DNA of 64,000 bases from an uncultured bacterium (GTDB taxonomy: Bacteria > Krumholzibacteriota > Krumholzibacteriia > LZORAL124-64-63). This document shows positions 8,975 to 19,305 of the stretch, in pieces. A program made the position numbers and the translations under genes. Where the stretch lies: assembly GCA_963727525.1 (NCBI GenBank), contig CAVSGO010000007.1, forward strand, positions 2,112,001 to 2,176,000, written 5' to 3'. How positions within the stretch are numbered: position 1 is the first letter of the stretch; each line of letters starts with the position of its first letter. The notes beneath the pieces are model-generated. The model saw nothing but the letters and a program-made list of their open reading frames with translations. It ran no database searches and had not been told where the DNA came from.

Positions 8975-11553
8975 TGCAGATCCTCCCGGGTCAGCTCGGC
9001 CGCCGCGGTGCGGCTGCCGCGCAGCGCTGGCACGATGCTGGCCGCCAGCGCACCCGCGAGAACCCAGGCCGATTCGCGCAGCAGGTCGCCCACGGGCAGA
9101 CCGAAGCGGATCGTCCAGCCGAAGTAGGCGCGGTTGATGAGCAGGATGAGGATAGCGGCGAGCCCGGCACCGCCGATGGTGCCGAGCAGCAGTCCCGCCA
9201 GACCCATGGCGCCGGCCTCGCCCACGGCAAGCCCGAATACCTGGCGTTGCGTGGCGCCGAGCGCACGATAGAGCGCCAGTTCGGCGGCCCGCTCGCGCGC
9301 CATGATCACCAGGGTGAGCGAGATGCCACACACCGCGATGAGCAGCGCCATCGCCTGCAGGATCCGCGTGATGGCGAAGGTCTGGTCGAAGATGCCCATC
9401 ACCTCCTCGCGCAGGCGGCGATTGCTGCGAAAGACGAGCGGCCGTCCCGCGTAGGCGGCGCGCAGGGCATCGACCGTGTGTTCCACGTCCACGCCGGGGG
9501 CGACATACAGCGCGAGATTCGTGGCGCCGCCCGGCCCGTAGATCGCATCGAGAGTCGGACGCGTGACGAAGGCCGTGCCCGACTCCGTGCTGTAGTCGTA
9601 GCCCACGCCCACCACCTCGAGCGGCACCGGCCCGGATGGCCCGGCCACCCGCAGCGTGTCGCCGATACCGAGATGCGCCTTGCGCGAGAGAGGCTCGCTG
9701 ATGAGCACCGTGCCGCCCTCCCGCAAGCGCCGCTCCACCGCCTCGCGCTTGCCGGCGAGCAGCGGCAGTCGTGCCGCCCACGCGTCAGACTCGCGGCCGA
9801 GACGCCGCATGCCGCTGATGAAGAGGCGACGCCCTTCCACCGTGCGCGCCGTGACGCGCCGTTGGACGTCGGCCCCCACGATGTCCGGAAACCCGGCGAG
9901 CGAATCGGCGAGCGCATCGCCGAGCACGGCCTGGCTCCCGCCCTGCACCCACGACTCGGTGGACACGTAGACGTCGGCCCGCAGTGTGAGCCCGATCCAG
10001 GTCTCGAGGGTGCGGCGGAAACTGCCGATCTGCAGCGTGATGCCCACCATCATCGTCACCGTCACGGCCAGCGCGGCCACGGCGAAGCTCGTCGACTGCA
10101 AGCGCACGGCGAGGTTGCGCAAGCTCAGCCGCCAGCCGAAACCGCCCGGACGCACGCGACCGCAGCCGGCCCGCAGTAGCCAGGGCGTCACCAGCGGCAG
10201 CAACGCGAGTAGGGCGATCGCCAGCACGAAGCCGCTCGCCTTGACGCGCGTGCCGAAACTGATGAACCAGACGAGCGTCACCGCAGCGAGCCCGAGCGCA
10301 CCGAGCGCGAGGCGTGGCGCGGCCTTGCCCAGCTTTTCTTGCAGCCCCCCCGCGGCGAGCAGGGCGGCCGGATCGCGGCGGCTCATATCGGCCGCCGGCA
10401 ACCATGCACCCAGCAGCGCGCCACCCACGCCCACGGCCACCGCCACACCCGCGAGGACGGGCGGAAACGTGAGCTTCTCGATCGCGCTGAGCAGGTAGAT
10501 GTTGGTGAGCGTGCTGCTCACCGTGGCGACGTTGGCGCGGGCAGCGAGGTAGCCGAGCGGCAGGCCGAGCGCCGTGCCCGCCAGCCCCAGCATGCCGGCC
10601 TCCACGAGGATGAGTCCGAGCACCTGGCGCCGCGTGCCGCCCAGAGTGCGCAGCAGGCCGAACTCGCGGCGGCGGCGCACGAGGGAGGCATGGATGGCGG
10701 TGAAGATGAGGAACACGCCGACGAAGACGCTGATCAGGCTCAGGGCCGTGAGATTGAGCCGGAAGGCGGCCAGCAGACCGGCCGCATCCTGGTCGCGCTG
10801 ATCGGGCGTGACCACGCGCACGCCGGGACCGAGGACGGCCTGCAGCCGTGACTGCGCGCGCGCGACGTCCACGCCCTCGCGCACCGTGAGATCGATCTGC
10901 TGGATGCGCCCGCGCCGTCCGAACATCGCCTGCGCCTGCGCGATGTCCATGAGCGCCATCTTGCCGCTGGCCAGGGGCGCAAGCCGGCGAAAATCGACGA
11001 GTGCTCCCACGTGCAAGCACCACGCGCGGCTGCCGCTGCTGATGGCGATGGTGTCACCCTCGGCCAGGCCGTGCGCTGCCGCGAACCGGGGCGTGATCGC
11101 CACCCAACCGGGCTCCGTGAGCGCTGCGGCGAGCGCGTCGGGGGCCGGGGTAGCCCCGATCTCGCGCACCCGCTCGGCGGAGATCGGATAGCGCACGGGG
11201 GCAAAGAAGTCGATGCCGATCACCTCCAGGTACTCGGGCGAGCCCGGCGTGCCGGTGTGGGTTACGGCCACCGGCGTGTGCGTGAGCGGCCAGGCGGTGG
11301 CGACATCGCGATCGGCGAGCACCGCCACGAGCAGGGAGTCGGCCAGGTCGGGCCCCTGGCCGAGCACCGTGAGGTCGGCATCGCCGCTGACGGCCTGCAC
11401 GCCGCCGCTGAACGCGGCCAGGGCGCTCTGGTTGATCGTCTGGATGCACACCACCGACGCCACGCCGAGCGCCACGCCCACCACGGTGAGCGCATACAGC
11501 GTGCGCGAGCGGCGCAAGAGCGCGGGGAAGGCGCGGCGCAGATAGGCGATCAC
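8971..11553 (-). CDS. ABC transporter permease, duplicated FtsX/MacB-like (AttFG type)
   Basis: Two FtsX-like TM modules (RRREFGLLRTLG; ERAAELALYRALG); GTGA overlap with ATPase stop. Confidence 0.88.
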   Translation of the reverse strand: MIAYLRRAFPALLRRSRTLYALTVVGVALGVASVVCIQTINQSALAAFSGGVQAVSGDADLTVLGQGPDLADSLLVAVLADRDVATAWPLTHTPVAVTHTGTPGSPEYLEVIGIDFFAPVRYPISAERVREIGATPAPDALAAALTEPGWVAITPRFAAAHGLAEGDTIAISSGSRAWCLHVGALVDFRRLAPLASGKMALMDIAQAQAMFGRRGRIQQIDLTVREGVDVARAQSRLQAVLGPGVRVVTPDQRDQDAAGLLAAFRLNLTALSLISVFVGVFLIFTAIHASLVRRRREFGLLRTLGGTRRQVLGLILVEAGMLGLAGTALGLPLGYLAARANVATVSSTLTNIYLLSAIEKLTFPPVLAGVAVAVGVGGALLGAWLPAADMSRRDPAALLAAGGLQEKLGKAAPRLALGALGLAAVTLVWFISFGTRVKASGFVLAIALLALLPLVTPWLLRAGCGRVRPGGFGWRLSLRNLAVRLQSTSFAVAALAVTVTMMVGITLQIGSFRRTLETWIGLTLRADVYVSTESWVQGGSQAVLGDALADSLAGFPDIVGADVQRRVTARTVEGRRLFISGMRRLGRESDAWAARLPLLAGKREAVERRLREGGTVLISEPLSRKAHLGIGDTLRVAGPSGPVPLEVVGVGYDYSTESGTAFVTRPTLDAIYGPGGATNLALYVAPGVDVEHTVDALRAAYAGRPLVFRSNRRLREEVMGIFDQTFAITRILQAMALLIAVCGISLTLVIMARERAAELALYRALGATQRQVFGLAVGEAGAMGLAGLLLGTIGGAGLAAILILLINRAYFGWTIRFGLPVGDLLRESAWVLAGALAASIVPALRGSRTAAAELTREDLQ

Positions 11554-12269
11554 GAGGCGTCCGCCGGACGGGTCTGCGGGTCGGCGGCATCGATATGCAA
11601 CACGCCGCTGTGCAGATGCCACACCTCATCGGCCAGCGCCGCTTGCTCGGCGCTGTGCGTGACGAAGAGCAGCGACGCCCCCTCCTGCCGCACGAGGCGC
11701 AGCAGCAGGTCCATCACGAGGCGACCGTTCTCGTCGTCGAGGTTGCCGGTGGGCTCGTCCGCCAGCACGAGCGGGGCCCGCATGAGCAGAGCGCGGCACA
11801 GCGCCACGCGCTGCATCTCGCCGCCGCTGAGGCGGCTCGCGCGGTCTTCGGCATGAGCGACCAGGTCGACGCGCGCCAGCAGGTCGCGCGCCCGCCTGCG
11901 CAACGACGCGGCGGCGTCGCCGGCGATCCAGCCAGGCAGCAGCACGTTGTCGAGCACCGTGAGGTGCGGCAGGAGATGGAAGAACTGGAAGAGGAGCCCG
12001 ACCTGACGCCGGCGCAGAAGCGTGCGCTCGCGCTCACCGAGCCGGGCGAGGTCCCGGCCGCCCACCTCCACGCGCCCGCTGGTCGGCACGTCGATGCCGG
12101 CGGCGAGATGCAGCAACGTCGACTTCCCGCTGCCGCTGCGGCCCACCAGCGCCACCGCGGCACCGGCCGGCAGGGCGAAGGTCACGTCACGCAGCACGTC
12201 CCGGCGCCGGCCGTCCGGCAGCGAAAAACTCCGGCATACGCGATGACATGCGAGAGCCACGTCGCTCAT
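11550..12269 (-). CDS. ABC transporter ATP-binding protein (LolD/MacB-like)
   Basis: Walker A GRSGSGKST, LSGGE signature, ADEPTGNLD, VTHS; GGAGG RBS. Confidence 0.93.
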   Translation of the reverse strand: MSDVALACHRVCRSFSLPDGRRRDVLRDVTFALPAGAAVALVGRSGSGKSTLLHLAAGIDVPTSGRVEVGGRDLARLGERERTLLRRRQVGLLFQFFHLLPHLTVLDNVLLPGWIAGDAAASLRRRARDLLARVDLVAHAEDRASRLSGGEMQRVALCRALLMRAPLVLADEPTGNLDDENGRLVMDLLLRLVRQEGASLLFVTHSAEQAALADEVWHLHSGVLHIDAADPQTRPADAS

Positions 12270-12533
12270 CCTCACCTCCGGCGGCCGCGCGGCGCGGATC
12301 GCCGCGCGGCGTGGAAGTTAGCACGGACGACCGGGCCCGGCATCCCATCACGCCGCACTCGCACCCACCAGCACGGTCACGATCCGCGCCAGCAGGATCA
12401 GTGTGATGATGTCCATCGTCGTCGAGTGTTTCGCGTCCTCGATCGTCTCTGTGATCGTCTGTACCGTCGAACGTCTCCATCGTCAGCGCTTGATGATCCG
12501 CACGGCCGTCGTACGCGCAATCATCGCGCGTCC

Positions 12534-12715
12534 TTGACATTATATAGACATTACCGGACACGCCGAGGACAGGCCGCAGGATAGATCAAGAAGAGAAGAA
12601 TGGTTGTTTTTACTCAAAAAAAAGAACTTACGAGAAATTCAGCCCGGATATTCCGAGGCGTTCGCCGAGTCCGCGCTTGATCCGTGTCCACAGGTTGTCT
12701 ACCTTAACCTGTCCA
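12534..12715. promoter_or_regulatory. Putative CarH/LitR-type operator repeats in a divergent promoter region
   Basis: TTGACA(12534)-TAGACA(12545)-CGGACA(12555)-AGGACA(12566) and TGTCCA(12685)-TGTCTA(12696)-TGTCCA(12710); mostly 10-11 bp periodicity. Confidence 0.4.
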
Positions 12716-12764
12716 CGGCGCAACTCCGATCGAATCCCGCGCCGCGGATACGAAGGAAGTCGAT

Positions 12765-13652
12765 ATGCTGCGACCGAGCGAGATCTCGGTGGCCATCGTG
12801 GGAGCCGGCGTCGCCGGGCTGAACTGTGCCGCGCGCCTCATGAGCATTGGCACGCGCGTGCGGCTGTACGACCGGGGACGAACCCCCGGCGGCCGCGCCA
12901 GGCGGCGGCGCGAGGGACCGTGGCGGTTCGACCACGGCGCGCCCGAACATGCCGAGCTGGTACGACGCCTCGCGGCCGGGCTCGCGATCGAATCGAGCAC
13001 CCGCATCACGAGCCTCGCCACCGATGCCGCAGGACGCTGGTATCTTACGCGCGACGGTGGTCCCGTCGCCGACACCTATGACTTCGTCGTACTCGCCATG
13101 CCGCCGGAGCAGGCGATCCCGTTGCTCGTCGAGACCCCCGGCCTCGCGCGCGTGGTGGCCCGGGTGAAACTCGAACCGCGCCTGGCGACCATGGTGGGGT
13201 TCCCGCGGACACTGGCCAGCACCCCCTCCGAGTGCATTCCCGCGTCCGGACCGCTCGCGTCGGCCCGCCGGCAGGTGCTGCACGGCTCCGCGCCAGCGGG
13301 AGACGCCTGGGTTCTCCAGGGTACAGCCGAGTTCAGCCGGGACAATCTCGAGTGCGACCTCGAGACCGTGGCCCGCCACCTCCTGCATGCATTCGCGGAC
13401 GAGGTCGGGTCTCTGCCCCCGACCTCCTACCTGCGCGGACACCGCTGGCGTTACGCCCGGACGGACCATCCCCTGGGCATGGACTGCCTCTTTGATTCCA
13501 CGCGCGGCATTGGAGTGTGCGGCGACTGGTGCCGCGGCGATGACGTGTTCGCGGCCCTGCTCAGCGGCCGCGCCATGGCGGCCCGCATCGCCGCCACGCA
13601 CGAACTCCCGCACATCCTCGACGAACGTCTCAGCCGAGAGACGGTGGCGTAG
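12765..13652 (+). CDS. Renalase-like NAD/FAD-dependent oxidoreductase (COG3380 type), shortened
   Basis: GAGVAG dinucleotide-binding motif, PGGR, FDHGA, HRWRYA, CGDWCRG. Confidence 0.85.
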   Translation: MLRPSEISVAIVGAGVAGLNCAARLMSIGTRVRLYDRGRTPGGRARRRREGPWRFDHGAPEHAELVRRLAAGLAIESSTRITSLATDAAGRWYLTRDGGPVADTYDFVVLAMPPEQAIPLLVETPGLARVVARVKLEPRLATMVGFPRTLASTPSECIPASGPLASARRQVLHGSAPAGDAWVLQGTAEFSRDNLECDLETVARHLLHAFADEVGSLPPTSYLRGHRWRYARTDHPLGMDCLFDSTRGIGVCGDWCRGDDVFAALLSGRAMAARIAATHELPHILDERLSRETVA

Positions 13653-16600
13653 GCCGCGGTCGCAGGCGCCCGCCGAAACGCTGCAACGCGCGTCCCGCCC
13701 GGGATCCGGCCGAGACGGTGTCCTCGGCAAGGGTGGCGGTCGCGGGCAGCAGCACCGCCGTGAGGAATGTGGAGACGAGCAGTCCGCCCATGATCACCAG
13801 GGCCATCGAGTAGTAATAGACGCCACCGAGGCTCGGCTTCTGCACGACGATGGGCACGAGGCCGATGAGCGTGGTGACCGCTGTCATGATGATGGGGCGC
13901 AAGCGCTCGCGGCCTCCGCGGAGCATGGCGGCATGGCGCGCCATGCCGCCTCGCCGGTAGTAGTTGATGTGCTCCAGCATGACGATGCCGTTGTTGACGA
14001 CGATGCCGATGAGCAGGAGCAATCCGATGGCCGCCGGCTGGTCGAAGTCGGTCTTCGTCAACCACAACGTCCAGAACGCGCCGGATAGCGCGAACGGCAG
14101 GGCCACCATGAGCGCCACGGCCTGCGGCACGGATTCGAAGAGTCCCGCCATTACGGCGAACACCAGCAGCAAAGCGAGCAGCAGGTTCGTGATGAACTCG
14201 TGCGACTGTTCCTGGCGCTGCTCGACCCAGCGGCCGAACGTCCAGCCGTAGCCATAGGGAAAGTTCATGCCGGCCATGACCCGGCGTACCTCGTCCATGT
14301 AATGGTCCGTGGTGCCGTCGCGGAAACGCCCGCCCACCCAGATGCTCGTCTTGCGATTGTCGCGCTGGATGCGCTCCGGACTCGGTACGGGCGTGAACGC
14401 GGCGATGGAGGCCAGCGGTACCTTCTCCCCCGCATCCGTGTACAGGGGCAGGTTCTGGAGCTGCGCCACGCTCTCGTCCGCACGTTCGTCGAGAGTGAGC
14501 ATCATCTCGCGCTCCCCCTCCGGGGCGCGGAAGCGTTGCAGGCGACGCCCACGATAGGTGAGGCCGATCGTCTGGCCGACCTGATCGGGCGTCAGCCCGT
14601 AGCGCACCGCGAGATCGCGATCGACCTCCACGTGCATCTCCTGCGCCGCATCCTGCTCGCGCGTGCCGACATCGAGCAGACCGGGTATCGTCTCCAGCCG
14701 CTGCACGGCCTGCTCCGCGAGGGTCTGGAGCACGCTCGTATCCTCGCCGTAGACGGCGAAGCCTACCCGCTTGCCACCGCCGTGCCGCCAGCCCTGTGTA
14801 TTGTCCTCGATCCGGCACTCCACGCCGGGAATCTGGGGCACCATGGCGCGTAGCTGGGAGCGCATGTGGCTCAGCGTCGCCTCGTTGGCATCGCCCTCGG
14901 GCGGATAGAAGCGCAGCATCGACCAGCGATCGCTCCAGAACGCATAGATTGCCCGTACGTTCAGCTCGTCCTTGTGCGGCGCAAAGACATTCTCGATGCG
15001 GGTGATCATCGCTTCCTTCTGGTCGAGCGCCACCTCCTCGCTGAAGCGCACCTGCATCTGTACGAACATCTCGGCGTTCTCCGCCCCGAAGTTCTTGTCG
15101 ACGTGCTGGAACGGGTACCAGGTGGAGGCAAGCATGGCCACGCCCACGACCGGCGTGAGCCAACGGTGGCGCAGGAAGAAGCCGAGGGTGCGCTCGTGGC
15201 GGACCTCCAGCCCCCGCATGAAGCGGTCCTTGGGGCGCGGCTGCGCCTGGATGACCAGGCTGGTCGCCAGCGGGATGAGCGTCTGGCTCACGAAGAGCGA
15301 CGCCAGCAGGGTGAGGCACACCGTGATGCCCAGCTCGCGCAGGTAGACGTTCATCTGGCTGGGCTTGTTGAAGATCAGCGGCAGGAACACGATGACCGAG
15401 GTGAGCGTGGCGGCGGTCACGGCCACCGACACCTCGCGCGAGCCGCGCAGCGACGCCTCGCGCCCGGGCATCCCTTCCTCGCGATAGCGGAAGATGTTCT
15501 CCATCACCACGACGGCGTTGTCCACCAGCATGCCGATGCCCACGATCAGCCCCAGCAGCGTGAGCGTGTTCATGTTGCCGCCGCGCGCCCAGATGACACC
15601 GCAGGTGACGATGAGGGAGAACGGGATGCACGCCGTGGCCACGAGCGTGGACGAGACGCGGCGCAGGAACGCGAAGAGCACCAGCGCCGCCAGCACGGAA
15701 CCGAAGATGCCCGTGAAGGTGAGATCGCGCAGCGTCTTGCGGATCTCGGCGCCCTGGCTGAACCAGGTGATGAACGTGACACCCTCGAGCTCGGGGTCGT
15801 CGTCGAGGGCCGCGATGCGCTTCTGCAGCGCGTCGCACACGGTCACGGTGTTGGCCTTGCTCTCCTGGGTGACGGTGACGCCAATGGCGAAATCGCCATC
15901 CAGATGTCGACCATAGTCGAGCGGCGGCTCTGTGTAGCGCACGTCGGCCACGTCGCGCAGGCGCAGCCCGTCGCCGCGCAGCGGCAGGTTGGCGATCTCG
16001 TCGACCGTGGCGAAGGCGCCCACGGTGCGCACGGTGAAGCGCGTAGCCCCATCGGTGACTCGGCCCAGCGACATGTCGAAGTTGCTGCCGCGCAGGATGC
16101 GCGCCACGTCGCGCACGTCGATGCGGTGCAGCTCCAGATCGGCGATGCGCAGGTTGATGCGTACCTCGCGCTGCCGCACCCCGTCGAGCCGCACGGTGGC
16201 CACGCCCGGCACGCGCTCGAGCGGGCGGATGATCTTGCGTTCGAGCAGATCGTAGCTCTCGCTCAGGTTGCGTTTGCTCGACAGGCGCCCTTCCAGGATG
16301 GGCATCTCGTCTTCCTGCCCATCCCAGCTCCGGCTCAGCTGGATGTCGCCGATGTCCTCGGGCAGGTCGCCGCGGATGCGGTCGATGCGATCCCACACCT
16401 CGGCGCGGGCCAGGTGCAGGTCGGTGCCCGCGGCGAACCCGAGCCGCAGGCGGCCGCCGTCGGAATCGCAGTTCGACCACATCTCCTTCAAGCCCGTCAC
16501 CGAGCCGACTGCGTCCTCGAGCGGGCGCACGATCATGCGCTCCACCTGTTCAGGCGACGCGCTGGGATAGCTGGCCTGGATGAAGAGCTCGGGCTCCTCG

Positions 16601-16719
16601 AAGTCGGGCATGAAGGCGAGCGGCAAACGCGTGAGCGCCACGGCACCCAGCACGACCATGCTGACCAGGATCGTCAGCATCGCGACGGGGCGGCGGATCG
16701 CGATTTCGGGCAACGTCAC
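13630..16719 (-). CDS. RND efflux permease (AcrB/AcrD/AcrF family)
   Basis: 1029 aa; GMLVDNAVVVMENI, GIVVNNGIV, RLRPIIMT. Confidence 0.93.
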   Translation of the reverse strand: MTLPEIAIRRPVAMLTILVSMVVLGAVALTRLPLAFMPDFEEPELFIQASYPSASPEQVERMIVRPLEDAVGSVTGLKEMWSNCDSDGGRLRLGFAAGTDLHLARAEVWDRIDRIRGDLPEDIGDIQLSRSWDGQEDEMPILEGRLSSKRNLSESYDLLERKIIRPLERVPGVATVRLDGVRQREVRINLRIADLELHRIDVRDVARILRGSNFDMSLGRVTDGATRFTVRTVGAFATVDEIANLPLRGDGLRLRDVADVRYTEPPLDYGRHLDGDFAIGVTVTQESKANTVTVCDALQKRIAALDDDPELEGVTFITWFSQGAEIRKTLRDLTFTGIFGSVLAALVLFAFLRRVSSTLVATACIPFSLIVTCGVIWARGGNMNTLTLLGLIVGIGMLVDNAVVVMENIFRYREEGMPGREASLRGSREVSVAVTAATLTSVIVFLPLIFNKPSQMNVYLRELGITVCLTLLASLFVSQTLIPLATSLVIQAQPRPKDRFMRGLEVRHERTLGFFLRHRWLTPVVGVAMLASTWYPFQHVDKNFGAENAEMFVQMQVRFSEEVALDQKEAMITRIENVFAPHKDELNVRAIYAFWSDRWSMLRFYPPEGDANEATLSHMRSQLRAMVPQIPGVECRIEDNTQGWRHGGGKRVGFAVYGEDTSVLQTLAEQAVQRLETIPGLLDVGTREQDAAQEMHVEVDRDLAVRYGLTPDQVGQTIGLTYRGRRLQRFRAPEGEREMMLTLDERADESVAQLQNLPLYTDAGEKVPLASIAAFTPVPSPERIQRDNRKTSIWVGGRFRDGTTDHYMDEVRRVMAGMNFPYGYGWTFGRWVEQRQEQSHEFITNLLLALLLVFAVMAGLFESVPQAVALMVALPFALSGAFWTLWLTKTDFDQPAAIGLLLLIGIVVNNGIVMLEHINYYRRGGMARHAAMLRGGRERLRPIIMTAVTTLIGLVPIVVQKPSLGGVYYYSMALVIMGGLLVSTFLTAVLLPATATLAEDTVSAGSRAGRALQRFGGRLRPRPTPPSLG

Positions 16720-16925
16720 GTCGGCCTCACTCGGCGGTGCGGGATGGACTCAAGTTAGGCGTCTGGACCGGGCGATCGCAACCATGGTGCGAATGAATCC
16801 CTACGCAGGCCGTAACGCGATGTTCCCGCCGCGATGTTCCCGCCGCTTGCTGCCCTCCCGCCGATCTGCGATGATCCCAGCCGTTCCCGTCGCCGCCCCA
16901 TCGCCCGCCCCGCCCGGAGGCTGAA

Positions 16926-19181
16926 ATGAGCCGCGAGCATCGCGACCGTCTGCTTGTGGTGGCGCTCGTGGGGTGCGCGGCCTGGTTGCGCATCTGGCAC
17001 CTCGGACAGGGGCTGCCCGACTTCGTCGAGGAAGCCATCCCCTTGCGCCGGGCCATGGCGATGGGTGGCTGGCAGGCGGGTCATGTCGATCTCGATCCAC
17101 GGTTTTTCAATTACCCGTCCCTCGTCATCTATCTCGAGCTCGCGCTGGTGCGCCTGCAGATTCTCGTGAGCACGCTGGGCGGGCATCTGGCGTCGGCGGC
17201 CGATTTCTGGGTGCGTTTCCAGACCGACCCCACGGGTCCCGTGCTGCTGGCGCGGGGTCTCAGCGTGGCTGCTGATCTTGCCGCCGTGGTGGGTGCGTGG
17301 CGCGTAGCCGAGCGCCTGCGCCCCGGCGCGGGTCTGCTCGCCGGCGTCGTCGTGACCTTTGCCGGCGTTTCGATCGCGATCGCCCGTCTCGTGCAGGTGG
17401 ATCCCGTGCAGGGGGCCCTGATGATCTGGGCCGTCGAGCGCTTGCTCGCCTTCCTGACGCGGGGAGGCCGCGGGAGGCTCGCCGGCGCCATCGTGCTCAT
17501 CGGCCTCACGGCGGGCGCGAAGTACCCCGGCGGGTTGCTCGTCGTACCGCTGGGGTGGGTGCTCTGGCGACGCGAGGGACGGCGCGGCCTCGCCCTGGCG
17601 CCGATCGCGGCGGCCGGCTGCGTCCTGGTGTTCCTCGCGACGACGCCGTACGCGCTGCTGGATCCGGGCGCGTTCTGGCGCGACGTCGGTTTCGAACGCA
17701 GCCACATGGCCACGGGGCACCTGGGCACGGAAGGATCGCTGGGGGCCGCATTCGCCGCCTCCACGCTCGTGCGCAACCTGGGCCTGCCGCTGATCATGCT
17801 GGCGCTGGGCTTCCTCGTGGCCACTCTGCGGCGCGCGCGCCGGACTGCGGCCGCGGCCGACATGACCGTGGCCCTGGCGTGGTTGCCCCTGGTGTGCGCG
17901 GTCGCCCTGGCACGGATGCAGGCCGAGCGCTACCTCGTGCCGCTCGTCCCCCTTATTGCCGTGATGGGCGCCGCCGCGGTGGCGGATCTCCTCGCGCGAC
18001 CGTCCCCCTGGCATGTGCTGGCCACACCGGGATGGCGCCGCGCCGTGCACGTGCTGGGCGTGTTGGTCTGCATCCCGGTGGTATGGCACGGGTTTCCGGT
18101 CGCCGCAGCGGGACGCGGCCATACCCAGATCCAGGCCCGGCGCTGGCTCGAGGCCCACGTCCCCGACGACCGGATCATCGTGGCCGAGCCCTACACCGCC
18201 GCCGTTCCCAACGAGTTCGACGACGCACGCGTGCTCGCCCACCCGGCCTGGGCGCAGGCGAGCGACGGCGTGCGCAGCGATTACCTCGCCGCTCCGCGCC
18301 ACGCCTTCGTGTCGCTTCCGCTGGTGGTGAGCGGATCGGTCGACGTCGACGTCGTCGATCTCGCGGGCCGGCCTGCCACGATCACGCTCTTCCCTCATGC
18401 CGACGCCATCAATGCGGTGTTCTACACGCCGCAACTCATCGCGGGCGTGGCCTACGCGGTCGTGAGCGACGCCGTCCGTGGCCGCCATCGGGCCGATCCG
18501 GCGCGCTATCCGCGCCAGGTGGCGTTCTACGCGCTGCTCGATCGCACGGCTGTGGTGGCGCAACGCTTCGTCCCCGGCCACGGCATCGCCGGACCGACCA
18601 TCACCGTGTACAGCCTCGGCGACGCCTTCGGCAAGGCGATCGGCCCGCGGCTCGACCCTCTGTGGTGGACGGAGGTCGTGCCACTGGCGTTTCGCCGCCA
18701 GTTCGAGAACACGGCCGTGCCACCCGCGCACCGCTGCGGCGCGGCGCCCCGCTGCACCGACGGCCGGCCCTCGCCATGGGTCGTGGGACTCCGCCCGCCC
18801 TTCGCCCACTTCGTGGCGCCGTTCCTTAGGCGCCTCGCCGCCGCCCAGCTCGCAGCGGCGCACCCGGCGGCGGCCCGCCAGCTCGCCACGGCACTCGCCG
18901 TATCGGATCCGGACGACCCGCGGGGCACGCAGCTCTACGTGCAGGCGAGCCTCGCGGCCGGCGATCGCGAGGCCGCCATCAAGGCTCTGGATTACGCCAT
19001 CAAGCGCAACGACACCGGCGGCGGCGCCGCCGACCGCCTGCGGCTTGCGACGGTCCTGCACGAGATGAACCGCGATCCCGAAGCGGCCCGCGTCCTGCTC
19101 GACCTGCTGCGCGCCCCCGATGTCCCCGACAGCCTCGCCCGCGCCGCCCGCGATCTGCAGCGCCACCTGGCCCCCGACTAG
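16926..19181 (+). CDS. GT-C fold membrane glycosyltransferase (ArnT/PMT-like) with C-terminal TPR-like region
   Basis: LRIWHLGQGLPDFVEE loop, PRFFNYPSL, many TM helices, GAKY, ERYLVP; helical TPR-like C-terminus. Confidence 0.7.
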   Translation: MSREHRDRLLVVALVGCAAWLRIWHLGQGLPDFVEEAIPLRRAMAMGGWQAGHVDLDPRFFNYPSLVIYLELALVRLQILVSTLGGHLASAADFWVRFQTDPTGPVLLARGLSVAADLAAVVGAWRVAERLRPGAGLLAGVVVTFAGVSIAIARLVQVDPVQGALMIWAVERLLAFLTRGGRGRLAGAIVLIGLTAGAKYPGGLLVVPLGWVLWRREGRRGLALAPIAAAGCVLVFLATTPYALLDPGAFWRDVGFERSHMATGHLGTEGSLGAAFAASTLVRNLGLPLIMLALGFLVATLRRARRTAAAADMTVALAWLPLVCAVALARMQAERYLVPLVPLIAVMGAAAVADLLARPSPWHVLATPGWRRAVHVLGVLVCIPVVWHGFPVAAAGRGHTQIQARRWLEAHVPDDRIIVAEPYTAAVPNEFDDARVLAHPAWAQASDGVRSDYLAAPRHAFVSLPLVVSGSVDVDVVDLAGRPATITLFPHADAINAVFYTPQLIAGVAYAVVSDAVRGRHRADPARYPRQVAFYALLDRTAVVAQRFVPGHGIAGPTITVYSLGDAFGKAIGPRLDPLWWTEVVPLAFRRQFENTAVPPAHRCGAAPRCTDGRPSPWVVGLRPPFAHFVAPFLRRLAAAQLAAAHPAAARQLATALAVSDPDDPRGTQLYVQASLAAGDREAAIKALDYAIKRNDTGGGAADRLRLATVLHEMNRDPEAARVLLDLLRAPDVPDSLARAARDLQRHLAPD

Positions 19182-19305
19182 CCGTCCGCGGCACGCCGCG
19201 ATTTTCCGTCGACAACGCCACGTGGCTGGGGTAGGATGGCCTCACATCTGGGGGTTCTACTTTGTGCTTTTCTCGAATCCCGAGGCTATCGGGGGAGGTT
19301 CATTG

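Noticed and set aside
12187-12561. 124-aa minus-strand ORF
   Set aside because: Overlaps the ABC ATPase start and the putative operator; no RBS or motif
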